A DNA stretch of 64,000 bases, from assembly GCF_039654945.1 (NCBI RefSeq), contig NW_027361898.1:11284001-11348000 (forward strand). The letters run 5' to 3'. The position numbers and the translations under genes were made by a program. Of the stretch, positions 26,201-37,595 are shown one piece after another. The DNA comes from Dendrobates tinctorius. Its lineage: Eukaryota. Each line of letters begins with the position of its first letter. Position 1 is the first letter of the stretch. Under the pieces are notes generated by a model. That model made no database searches. It was not told where the DNA came from and saw nothing but the letters and a program-made list of their open reading frames with translations.

Positions 26201-27070
26201 AAGATTCATCCAGGAATCGGTATTGCACCAGACCTGGTCGGCTTATGAATCCTCGTGGTGAGTATGGCAGAGTTGGGTGTCCGAATGGGGCGGAGTTAAC
26301 GGCGAGGAGGAGAGAATGTTAGCAGTATTGCTTTTAATTGGAAAAGCGGCTGATAGTGGTTGGTCTGCGGCCAAGGTGAACAAATTTGTAGTGGGTCTGG
26401 CTTTTGGTTTTAAATTACAGGGTGTGACGGACGTGACAAAACAATTTTTGGTTAGACAGGCGTTGCGAGGTTTTCGCAGGGGTAATAAAACTCATGACAA
26501 ACGGAGGCCTATTTCGTTCAGTACATTGGAAGCCTTGGGCAGGGTCTTGGAGGGTATTTGTACTTCAGGGTTTGAGCTGACATTGTTTAGGTTAGCTTTT
26601 TCTTTGGCCTTTTTTGGGGCAATGCGCATCGGTGAGGTAGTGTCAAGTAGCAGGGTCATGGCCAGAGGTTTGTTGGCAGAAGATGTGGAATTTTGGGCGG
26701 GGGGCATTGTTTTTTGGATTAGGCGCTCCAAAACCGATCAACTGTGTAGAGGCAGGAGGGTAGTGTTGGGGCGAGTTGATGGGACAGTAATGTGCCCTCA
26801 GAAGTGTATGGAGTTGTATTGGTAAGGGTGGTCAGGTGGGAGGGTCCTTTGCTGTGCCATGCGGATGGTACGTATTTGTCTAGTTTTGACTTCATTGCGG
26901 TCTTGAAGAAGGGATTGTTGGAGCTTGGCCTTCCCCCGGATATATATGGGTCCCATTCCTTTAGTATAGGGGCAGCATCCGAGGCTGACAGTCTTGGTCT
27001 GCTGGCTGAGGTGATCAGGAGAATTGGCAGGTGGAGGTCGGATCGTTATTTATTGTATGTTCGGCATTAA
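26180..27070 (+). pseudogene. Ngaro tyrosine recombinase
   Basis: AFFGAMRIGE, IRRSKTDQ, HSFSIGAAS (HxxR arginine changed to S), GRWRSDRYLLYVR. Frameshift near 26820. Confidence 0.92.
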
Positions 27071-27126
27071 TAGTCGTTATTGAATGCTGAGGTATTTGTT
27101 TTCCATACTTTGTTATATTTTTTCAG

Positions 27127-27721
27127 GTGGCGACCCCTTTCTGGCCTGGATATTTGGACACTCGTACGTGTACTGGGGTGCGCTACGAGCTGATGCAAGG
27201 CTGGATGGTAGGCAATTGGGCTTTAAGAGGGAGCAAGTGGTGATCCGTTGGTTGGGTTTTCGAGGCATGGTGTGGAGCAGGGTGCTCTCTGAAGTAGCCA
27301 AGTCCGCTCACCTTGATAGACCTCCCGACGTTCTGGTCATACATGTGGGTGGTAACGATTTAGGGGTTAAGCCGGTGAGGGAATTGATTAGGGACATACG
27401 TTCCGATTTTTTGAGATTGTGGATGTCTTTCCGGACGTCTTGACTGTGTGGTCAGATGTGGTACCCAGTCAGAAGTGGAGGCACGCAAGGTCGTTAAAAG
27501 GGATTAATAGGGCTAGGGTAAAATTGAATCGGGCAGTGTCGGGATTTGTATCTAGGAATGGGGGTATTAGTGTTAGGCATTTTGAGCTGGAATCGGGTGT
27601 CGGTAATTATTGGTTGGCCGACGGGGTTCATTTGAATTCTATTGGGATTGATTTGTGGGCATTGGCAATACAGGAGGAGATAGAGAGGGCCTTGGTGGCT
27701 TTGGGGCACTCTCGAGCCTGA
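27127..27721 (+). pseudogene. Ngaro SGNH/GDSL-family hydrolase domain
   Basis: Blocks IFGHSYV, LGFRG, VIHVGGNDLG, DGVHLN. One frameshift near 27430. Preceded by a splice-acceptor-like TTTTTTCAG. Confidence 0.88.
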
Positions 27722-29429
27722 GGTTGTCAGCGCTGTTCGTTGTTGGCGGGGGGTACGGTTCTTGGAGTTGACGATGATTGGTCAGGGAAGGATTTGGAAG
27801 AAAAATTCCCGGCAGTTTTCAAATGGTATGGGGGATCTGGCTTTTTGGTTATGGGCTCTGGACGGGGTTTTTACCTCGGGAGCTCTGGTGGTTAGTCTCC
27901 CGGGAGTTACGGTGCCCTCAAGCTGGGGATGGACGGCTGAGGGTAACATGGAGGTTTTAGCCAGATCTTTTAGCTCCAAGAACCCTCCCCTCATATTTTG
28001 CATTATGATTGCATATTAATGCTTATTGTTAAATGTTATTGTTTGTTAATAAACTTGGCCGCTGTGGCCAAATTATCCAAAGAATTCAAGTATTGGCATG
28101 TGTTATTGTGGGAATGGGGGTCTCGGAGGGGGGTCGGGTAGGTATTGGATAATGGTAAAAGGGGAAAAAACTGGACTCGCCATATGCGGTCAAGATGGGG
28201 GCTGGGGAGGGCACAGCCTGAGAAGAAGCCCGCCCCATGACTGCAATGGGCGGGCAGGTTTTTCAAAATTGTTTGGGCTTCGGGTGTCCTGAATGGCTGG
28301 TTCTGGGTCAAGGGAGGAGTTATGGGCGTGGACGCCCTGGGGGTAGTGGGAGAAAGTGCGGGAAAATCTGCATTCGGGTCAGAGAAGCAGAGAACCGAAG
28401 ACCCACCCTCCCTCCCAGTTATGCAGTAATACGGGGCAGGAGGTGATAAGGGTTATTAAAAAAAAAAAGAAAAAAAGAATGTGCTGAAGAGATTTATGTG
28501 GATCGTTTGCTGTTTTCTGTCGTCACAGTGGCTAGTGGGGCGGGGGTAGGATTTGGAAGAAAAATTCCCCGCAGTTTTCAAATGGTATGGGGGATCTGGC
28601 TTTTTGGTTATGGGCTCTGGACGGGGTTTTTACCTCGGGAGCTCTGGTGGTTAGTCTCCCGTAACGGGAGTTACTGTGCCCTCGAGCTGGGGATGGACGG
28701 CTGAGGGTAACATGGAGGTTTTAGCCAGATCTTTTAGCTCCAAGAACCCTCCCCTCATATTTTGCATTATGATTGCATATTAATGTTATTGTTTGTTAAT
28801 AAACTTGGCCGCTGTGGCCAAATTATACAAAGAATTCAAGTATTGGCGTGTGTTATTGTGGGAATGGGGATCTCGGAGGGGGGCCGGGTAGGTATTGGAT
28901 AATGGTAAAAGGGGAAAAAACTGGACTCGCCATATGAGGTCAAGTGCTCTGCTCTAATCATTTCTGTGACTAGGATGAAGTGAAATGTAATGGGTCTTAC
29001 TTTTAGCGGAATATTTTTAGAGCGCAGTGAAAGTAATGCAAGTTGTGGAGTCGGGTGTAAATTTATGAATTCTCTACTTCTTCTCATGGTGGTCTGATCT
29101 TTGGGCAGTTCCGAAAGCTGTGTATTCGATTACCATTTTAATTCCTTATTTTTTGTTCTTGAATAATGCCACTGTTCCTAATTTACCTAAGTTTTATCGT
29201 AGGTAAAATGCAAACACAAGATGACAGACCTCATTGAATAATGTGCTCAAACTTTCCTCGCTACCGTGACGCTACCACTCCTCAAGATATACTGTACATC
29301 AAGCTTTTAGTGTTTGAAGACACAGAAAGAATACTGTAATTTGCTTCATGGGGTGAGGAAACAACAGAATACAACACACAAAAAAAATCTCTTGAAATTG
29401 CAGTTAGAGATCTGGGCACCTAGACATAA

Positions 29430-29807
29430 AGTGGGTATTTCCATCTACAAGATCCTATCCAATGCATAGCAGGTGTAATAATAATAATAATAATAACAAA
29501 TACCTCCAAATCAAAATATAGTACAGTTCTTCTGATTCATTTTGTTGCTTACCCTATGTGCAGGCATTTCGGTACTTTAGGAATCTATGGTTACGACCAC
29601 TAACAGGTAACTAGATAACTGTCACTTTATGAGTGGTTGTAACCATGGATACTTAAGCTACTGCAATTTCCTGCACATGGGGTAAGTGACATAGTGAATC
29701 AGAAGAACTATATTTCTAATACATTTCTAATTGGAGGAATTTGCTGCTATTATTATTATTACAACTACTGCATATTGGGAGAAGATCTTGGTGGTGGAAA
29801 AACCCCT
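29430..29807. mobile_element. T2/Kolobok-type palindromic MITE
   Basis: ATAA|AGTGGGTATTTCC ... GGAAAAACCCCT|TTAA; the whole body is an imperfect inverted repeat. Confidence 0.75.
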
Positions 29808-30530
29808 TTAAAGATTAAATGCCCTAAACCACATGCTACAGTCAATATACCCTACATTTAATTTACTGAAATGTATCAATCAGTTTTTATCACTTCCATA
29901 TCATGTTTTGCAAGCTCTATAACTAAATTGAAGAGGTAGTGAAATGAAATAGATCGACTTCGAGTGAAATTTCCTGAAAGTCGAAGGTTCCCACAAATTA
30001 AAACGCCCTGCAAATCGATTTGCCCGTGCATAAAAAAATGCTTGGTGCCATTTCACACACTGTTGAAAATTCTAACAGGATGGGCTCATGAAGTCAGGGC
30101 TAGTCACTTGGGCTTACCCATGTTTTGCAGTTATCGCATCACATGGTTCACTAGCTCACCCAATCAGGAGGGACTATAACAATGACCATAAACAATGCAG
30201 GTTGGCAAAAGAGCACCAATTTTAAGATTTTATAGCCTAGGTATAGGAGGTCACAGTGCACACAGGGATAGAAAAAGACCAAATCTAATTTTGGTGTCCT
30301 TTTGCTGAAACACAATAAAATGGAAGTGCTAGTCTCAGTTTTTGAATAATAATGCAATGATTCAAGTGATAAGTAGCTGTACCTGTAGATTCCGTGTGAT
30401 GGAGTATTGAATGACCTAGGATATACATTACATGTTCTAGCGCAGCTAACCAGGGAGGATTTATTTTACTCTTCACACACTGCAAACAAGGAGACAAAAC
30501 TCCTGAAAGCAAGTCAAGTTTGTCACACAA

Positions 30531-30720
30531 AGGGCGCTGTCAGATGTATGACACAGCGACGATCTAATTGCAATGCTTGGACTGGCCAGCGGCTCTACTG
30601 ACCCGAGCCTGACAGCATGTATTTCTATGCAGCTGTCAGGGCTGGGTCAGGAGAGACGCCGGCCAGTCCGAGGATTGCAATTAGATCATCGTCCGTGTTA
30701 TACGGTCATCTGACTTTGCT
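30531..30720. mobile_element. Palindromic Harbinger-type MITE
   Basis: Inverted arms around ATGTATTTCTATGCA. Related copy at about 45222-45417. Confidence 0.7.
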
Positions 30721-30777
30721 CAAAGTGTTCTTCTTGGATTGTGGGAGTGAAAAGCCATATCTTTTTATATATATGTA

Positions 30778-32392
30778 CACTAACGTTCAAAAGTTTAGGG
30801 TCACTTAGAAATTTCCTTATTTTTTAAAGAAAAGCACAGTTTTTTCCAATGAAGCTAACATTAAGTGATTCAGAAATATACTCTATACATTGTTAATGTG
30901 GTAAATGACTATTCTAGCTGCAAACGTCTGGTTTGTAATGCAATATCTTCATAGGTGTATAGAGGTCCATTTCTAACAACCATCACTCCAGTGTTCTTAT
31001 GGTACTTTATGTTGGCTAACTGTGTAAGACGGCTAATGGATGGTTAGAATAGCCTTGAAAACCCTTGTGCAAGTATGTTAGCACAGCTGAAAATAGTTTG
31101 GCTGATTAGAAAAGCTATAAACCTGACATACCTTTGAGCTAGTTGAGAATCTGGAGCATTACATTTTTTGGTTCCATTAAACTCTCAAAATGGCCAGAAA
31201 AAAAGAACTTTCATGTGAAACTAGACAGTCGATTCTTGTTCTCAGAAATGAAGTCTATTCCATGCGAGAAATTGCCAAGAAACCGAAGATTTCCTACAAC
31301 GGTGTGTACTACTCCCTTCAGAGGAGAGCACAAACAGGCTCTAACCAGAGTAGAAAGAGAAGTGGGAGACCTCCGTGCACAACTGAGCAACAAGACAAGT
31401 ACATTAGAGTCTGTAGTTTGAGAAATCAATGCCTCACAGGTCCTCAACTGGCAGCTTTATTAAATAGTACACACAAAACACCAGTGTCAGCATCTACAGT
31501 GAAGAGGCGACTCTGGGATGCTAGCCTTCAGGGCAGAGTGGTAAATAAAAAGCCATATCTGAGACTGGCTAATAAAAGGAGAAGATTAATATGGGCAAAA
31601 GAACACAGACATTGGACAGAGGAAGATTGGTAAAAAATGTTATGGACAGACGAATCCAAGTTTGAAGTGTTTGGATCACACAGAAGAACATTTGTGAGAC
31701 CCAGAACAACTGAAAAGATGTTGGAAGAGTGCCTGACACCATCTGTCAAGCATGGTGGTGGTAATGTGATGGTCTGGGGTTGCATTGGTGCTGGTAAAGT
31801 GGGAGATTTGTACAAAGTAAAAGGGATTTTGAATAAGGAAGGCTATCACTCCATTTTGCAACACCATGCCATACCCTGTGGACAGCGCTTGATTTGAGCC
31901 AATTTCATCCTACAACAGGACAATGACCCAAAGCACACCTCCAAATTATGCAAGAACTATTTAGGGAAGAATCAGGCAGCTGGTATTCTATCTGTAATGA
32001 AGAGGCCAGCGCAGTCACCAGATCTCAACCCCATTGATCTGTTGTGGGAGCAGCTTGACCGTATGGTACGCAAAAAGTGCCCATCAAGCCAAACCAACTT
32101 GTGGGAGGGGCTTCTGGAAGCATGGGGTGAAATTTCTCCTGATTACCTCAGCAAATTAACTGCTGGAAAGCCAAACGTCTGCAATGCTGGAATTGCTGCA
32201 AAGGGAGCATTCTTTGACGAAAGCAAAGTTTGAAGGAGAAAATTATTTCAAAGAAAAATCTTTTTTTCGAACCTTGTCAAAGTCTGGACTAGATTTTAAA
32301 TTCATTTGGCAACTCATTTGATTAATAAAAGTATGAGTTTTCATGGAAAACACAAAATTGTTTGGGTGACCCCAAACTTTTGAGCGGTAGTG
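30778..32392 (+). mobile_element. Tc1/mariner-superfamily transposon, full length (DD38E/Intruder-like)
   Basis: TA|CACTAACGTTCAAAAGTTTAGGGTCAC ... GTGACCCCAAACTTTTGAGCGGTAGTG|TA, 1615 bp, with internal transposase. Confidence 0.95.
31190..32233 (+). pseudogene. Tc1-like transposase with in-frame stops at 31631 and 31895
   Basis: RSGRP, KKPYL, WTDESKF, KHGGGNVMVWGC, QQDNDPKH, SPDLNPIDLLW, all in one frame. Confidence 0.93.
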
Positions 32393-32692
32393 TATTTTTT
32401 TTTAAAGACAAAGCGAAATTTCCTCATTACTGTAAACTTCTGTCCACTTCATAGATTATGTAATTTTTGCACACTTCCTTTCAATATTAGAACTGTACAC
32501 TCAAATACAGCTGCTGGTTACCATACATTTACATCTGCTTGGCCCTACTCAGATAAGTGGGGATCACATGGACATTAATAAGGCTGTTTGCTTTATAGAC
32601 CTCAAAAGGGGGTTCAATCCACCCCTGGGAGAGCTCAGGGTGTTATATAAGGGATTTCTGGGCAATTAGAGGCTTTGCAGTAATGAGAGTCA

Positions 32693-32888
32693 GGCCGGAG
32701 TCACACTACAGCGAGATACGGCCGAGTCTCGCAGGTTAAAACCAAGCTCTGGCGCCGGCACTCCGGAGCGGAGCATGCAGCCGCACAGCAATACATGAAG
32801 CTGCATGCTGAGCTCCGGAGTGCCGGTGCCAGAGGTTGGTTTTAACCTGCGAGACTCGGCCGTATCTCGCTGTAGTGTGACTCCCGCC
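32693..32888. mobile_element. Palindromic Harbinger-type MITE
   Basis: 3-bp TSD TCA, TIR GGCCGGAGTCACACT, near-perfect arms of about 90 bp. Confidence 0.88.
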
Positions 32889-33267
32889 TCACTGTGAGAT
32901 TGTTAGCTGAAAATCAATTGCTTTTGAACATTCAGCGAAGCTGGAAATTCTTATTTATTATTGTTATTATTATTTTCCTTGCTTATATATTGCCATTAAT
33001 TAAGCAGCACTTTACAGACATCATCATCACTGTTGTTGAATCTCATAGCATTACTAAAGAATTCTGTCAATGAACGTGGGATTTATTCTTGAGTCATGCT
33101 AAAATTGGAAGAAAAATGTATTTATGTGATGATATTCTACTTTCGCTGTATTACTGCATAAAGCCAAACCCATCTGCCCTTTACTTATAATAGCTATTGC
33201 GAAAATAATTGGTTTAGGCTGTGACATTGAGAGACATCTCATCTTGTGGAGAGAGAGATGTAGAGAC

Positions 33268-33570
33268 TAGAGATGAGCGAAGCCAAACTGTAAAGTTTGG
33301 GGATTGTGCGTGAACTCTGAACATGGACTTCTCCTGGAAATCTGTTTTATGGGAGAGAGAGAGAGAGACTGCGTGTTGGTACTCTGCTTCCTTTGGTAAC
33401 TCCCTTAGACCTTATTAGGACCATTTTATAGCACTGAAGTTTGGGTGCCCATTAACTTCTATGGGGTTTGGGTTCAAGTAAGGGTAGAGTTCTGGTACCC
33501 AAACTGAACTTTGGACTAAAGTTTGGTCGAACCCCACAAACCCAAACATCCATGGGTCTGCTCATCCCTA
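33268..33570. mobile_element. hAT-type MITE
   Basis: TAGAGATGAGC ... GCTCATCCCTA, with diverged 8-bp TSD GTAGAGAC/CTAAAGAC. Confidence 0.75.
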
Positions 33571-33653
33571 CTAAAGACTATATGATTTTCTAAAAAAAAA
33601 AAAAAAAGTCTATGACATTAATTCTCTTTTGTCTTCTCTTTCCAGATAATATG

Positions 33654-33963
33654 TAGTTATGAGCAAGTATGCTCGTTACTCGAGATTTCCGAGCATGCTC
33701 GGATCTTCTCCAAGTATTTTGGGCATACTAGGAGATTTAATTTGTGTAGCCACAGCTGCATGATTTACGGCTGATAGACAGCCTGAACACATATGGGGAA
33801 TTCCTAACAAACAGGCCATCCCCACATGTATTAAGACTGGCTAGCAGCTGCAAATCATGCAACTACGGCGACAAAAACTAAATCTTCGAGCTTTCCCCAA
33901 TACTTGGAGATCACCCGAGCATGCTCAGAAGTCTTGAGTAACGAGCACACTCACTCATCACTA
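33654..33963. mobile_element. hAT-type palindromic MITE
   Basis: TAGTTATGAGC ... ACTCATCACTA. Deleted sister copy at 39270-39403. Confidence 0.75.
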
Positions 33964-34602
33964 ATAATTTGTTTTCATAAGGAAAAGGGTTCCCTGAGTT
34001 TGGAAAACCCCTGTTCCCTGGCAGCAGTTTATTGTAAAATACAAATGCGGCCTTTCTCACCTTCCCCAGGTCCAGAACTAAGTCTGCTTCTGTTCCCAGT
34101 GTCTGTTATAGCCAGTTGCACTGACGTATGGGCGACAGCATAATATTCGAACAGTGAGAACAGCAGTTCATGCCGTCAACTCAGGCAGGGCCACTGAGTT
34201 CAGGTACTGGCTACACATCACGTCGGTGCTGCGGACAATAGCAGACATCAGGGGCAGTGGTGGAGTCGCATCGCTGGACCCAAGGAGGGTGAGGTAAGCT
34301 CAGGTTTCGTTTTTTCAATAAATGGCAGCTAGGGAACGGGGTTCTGTTTCACCTCAGAGAGAAAAACAAAGATCCTGAAAACTGGTGAGAACATGGTAGA
34401 GCTAGCCTCATACTGTATTCTAACTTGTTTATTTCTATATGACCAGTATACTTGGTGTAAGCATCGATCGAAGCCCCATCTTTTGACTCTGGCTACCAAT
34501 AAGACATTCATGGCTTATTAATCGTTTATTGCAGGAAAACCCCTATAAAATACAGATTGTAAAAATACACCCATATATTTCCAATATTCCAGCAAACTCT
34601 TA

Positions 34603-35816
34603 GGCTGGAGTCACACACAACGAATAAAAAATCTGTCCCAATTTAACGGTCCGAAATCGCACAATGGTATCTTAACCAGTGATGCGTTTTTGATGCGATT
34701 TATCTTAATTGATGCGATTTTAATCGCATGTAAGCATCCTTTTGACATCCGTCTGGCGAGATTTTCTCACTGGATAGCAAAATGGACATATAATGGAGCC
34801 CAATGACAGGTTTCCCCACACAAACTAATTAATAGATCTAGACACATTAAATAAATATATATATATATATATTATACATGTTATAGAGACACATTAATAT
34901 ATATATTTCTAGTTCATACAGTTCTTAATTGCAGAATAGCCGCTGACACATTAGCCGGCTTTTGTATAACATTCTCCTGCCCGACATGAAATGACACATG
35001 GTTTACATATAGTTAACCATATCATTTTTTTTTATGTCTATCACTATTAATTATATGAGGGCTTGTGGGTTAAATTTTGGGCTTGTAGGGGTTCATTTAA
35101 GGGGTTAATTCGTTGTATTAAATTGCTGAGCCTCCCGCTGACGTCACTGAGGCTGCAGGGAGTCCCCGTAATTTAATACAACGAATTAACCCCTTAAATG
35201 AACCCCTACAAGCCCCAAATTTAACCCACAAGCCCTCATATAATTAATAGTGATAGACATAAAAAAAAAACCATGAAATGAAATGGTTAACTATATGTAA
35301 ACCATGTGTCATTTCATGTCGGGCAGGAGAATGTTATACAAAAGCCGGCTAATGTGTCAGCGGCTATTCTGCAATTAAGAACGGTATGAATTAGAAATAT
35401 ATGTATAAATGTGTCTCTATAACCTGTATAAAATATATATATATATATAAAAATATATATATATATACATTTATTTAATGTGTCTATATCTATTAATTCG
35501 TTGCTTTATTTAACTGGACACTGTGATTTTACTGTATTTAGGAAAAAAAATTGCCGGCTTTTGGTGCGATTTTTATCGCGACTCACACATCGGGTCCGTT
35601 TTCAATCCAAGTTTTTCTTGCCCCCATAGACATGCATTGTCGAATCTGATCCGAAAATCGGTGACAATCGCAGCATGCTGCGATTGGGTCAGAGGATCGG
35701 ATGCGATAAAAAATCACATGATGAGAGCTGCCCCATAGAATAACATGGGTTCGAATGCAATGCGATATTTTATCGCATTGCATTCGTCTGTTTTATTCGC
35801 CAGTGTGACTCCAGCC
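34603..35816. mobile_element. Non-autonomous Harbinger-type element with large internal palindrome
   Basis: TTA|GGCTGGAGTCACAC ... GTGTGACTCCAGCC|TTA. Inverted arms about 34825-35125 and 35168-35497. Confidence 0.88.
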
Positions 35817-35819
35817 TTA

Positions 35820-36165
35820 GGGTCCCGTTTCACTTAGCGACGCACCAGTGATCCCGACAACGATACGACCTGGTAAGGATCGCTGGTGCGTCGCTAAATG
35901 GTCTCTAGTAAGCTGCCAAACAGGCAGATCTCTTCAGCGACGCAGCAACGATCCGGCGATCCGTATAACGACCTCGCCGGTCGTTGGTACCTTGTCACAC
36001 AGCAGCTATTCTGATGACTCCCGCATGTGTCCCTGAGTTCAGCTTTGCCAACGAGGGGGAGCCGGTCGCCGCTGCACGTCACATGTAGCGAGATCGCTGG
36101 CGAGGTCGCTATTGCGTCACAAAATCGATGACGCTTCAGCGATCTCGCTATGTGAGAAGGGGGCT
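35820..36165. mobile_element. Harbinger-type MITE abutting the previous element at a shared TTA
   Basis: TTA|GGGTCCCGTTTCAC ... GTGAGAAGGGGGCT|TTA, with AGCGAT/ATCGCT subrepeats. Confidence 0.75.
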
Positions 36166-37288
36166 TTATAACTTTATTTTTAAATTAATTTTCTGAAGAG
36201 AAAAGGATAAAGTGTGTCAAGATCTAGTGTGATAATAGGTGACTGACTCAGGAAGGATCTGTCGCAGGAACGGCTGCTCCGAGGGTGGTGCCGCTAACAT
36301 TGGCCCCTATGCCAGGTGCTTTGTGCTTTTACTGATACCATAATCCTTCTGTCTGACATGTCCAGGGACCATCTCCAGCCTCTCTATGTTCAGCATTCAG
36401 TGTAGTTCTTAGAAACGGTCATTTGATGGCAGCAGCCACTAAGGATCGCAGCATCTACTAATGTAATTCATGTCACAAGGTAAAGGCTTCTTAAACACAA
36501 TATCTGAATGTTGATTTCCGCTTAGAAAGCTCTTTAATCCCATTATTATAAGGTCAAAACTCATCTCCAAGAAAAGAAATGTATTTCCAATTTTTAATCC
36601 TCCCATGATCCTTTTTTCCTTTTCTACCAGGAGATTACAAGCTCTGTTTCTGTAATTTGATTATTGTATGGCTTCTGTTTCCTTTCCCACCCATATATTC
36701 CACCTATCAGGATTTATTCCCAATGCATGAAGTGTCTGGAAACTACAGGAGCTCTTACCTGATGCCACATTTTGCTTAATTTGAAGGTTGAATGATAGAT
36801 GTTCAGGACTCAGAACTTCACAGATCTTCTTCATACCTTCACATTCATTCATTCCGATCTTTAAAGAGGGCTGATGGATTCCATAGCGGTGCATGCCCAA
36901 AATACTCACCTAAGCTCTGAGTTGCCAACTATCCAGAAATTCCTGGACAATCTATAAAAATTGGTACCTTTGGTCCCTGTCCGTAAAAAAAAATTAAGTC
37001 ATCTGTGACTTTTTGAAGCTGGAGAAACTTCTACAAATTATTTTGACTATAATGATCATCATTTTACAGGTTATAGTGAATGCAGCTGTTTGCTTACAGC
37101 AGGGTATTTATTTTTTAAATTTTTTTTGCCTTTGGTTTTGTCCGTTTTTTGGCCAGTGTGAACATGCTCCTATTTTGCATGTATTCCAGCTTGACTCCAG
37201 TTCATTTAATTCAGTTTAGCTCTAGGTTTCTGAATTTAGTGCACGGAAGGGTGTGGACTCCCTTCCTTTGAGCTGAATATCACATTTA

Positions 37289-37595
37289 GGGCTCATACTC
37301 ACATGCGAGAAACTCAGACGAGTCTCACATGTCAGTACTCGGCACTGGCGCAGACACTCGGATCGGAGCGTTTAGCTGCATGTATTTCTATTCAGCTGAA
37401 CGCTCCGCTCCCGAGTGCCGACAGCAGTGCCGGGTATTGACATGTGAGACTCGTCCGAGTTTCTCGCTTGTGGGTATGAGCCCTTAGGCTTATAGCGATA
37501 CATGCAGCTGCACGCCCCGCTCCTGAGTGCCGGGGGCAGTGCCAGGTATTAACATGCAAGACTCGTCCAAGTTTCTCACATGTGTGATCCCGGCC
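37289..37595. mobile_element. Two tandem Harbinger-type MITEs (37289-37483 complete, 37487-37595 deleted)
   Basis: TTA at 37286, 37484 and 37596. TIR GGGCTCATACTCAC/GTGGGTATGAGCCC. Confidence 0.8.

Larger units (their letters stand above)
22427..28944 (+). mobile_element. Ngaro-type (DIRS order) tyrosine-recombinase retrotransposon, full-length but mutated
   Basis: Split direct repeats A1 (22427-22640) ... B1 (about 27789-28194) A2 (28193-28407) B2 (28549-28944). Gene order gag, RT, RNase H, YR, SGNH. No LTRs or integrase. Confidence 0.95.
21930..29200 (-). mobile_element. Decayed L1/Tx1-type LINE 3' end (21930-22426 and 28945-29200), split by the Ngaro insertion
   Basis: Joined minus-strand reading CPKI...PTPQLALLSL...ILVTEMIRAEH|WRQAETPTI resembles the L1-clade ORF2 C-terminus. 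Outer boundaries are approximate. Confidence 0.65.

Noticed and set aside
26180-27070. Phage integrase / prophage or bacterial contamination
   Set aside because: The YR is embedded with RT/RNase H and split direct repeats, which defines a Ngaro retrotransposon, and the flanks are vertebrate-type repeats.
31190-32233. mariner DD34D or DD37D/DD39D family assignment
   Set aside because: Surrounding motifs (KHGGG, QQDNDPKH, SPDLNPI) and TIRs are Tc1-like and the spacing is 38. The D is one substitution from E in a copy that already has stops.
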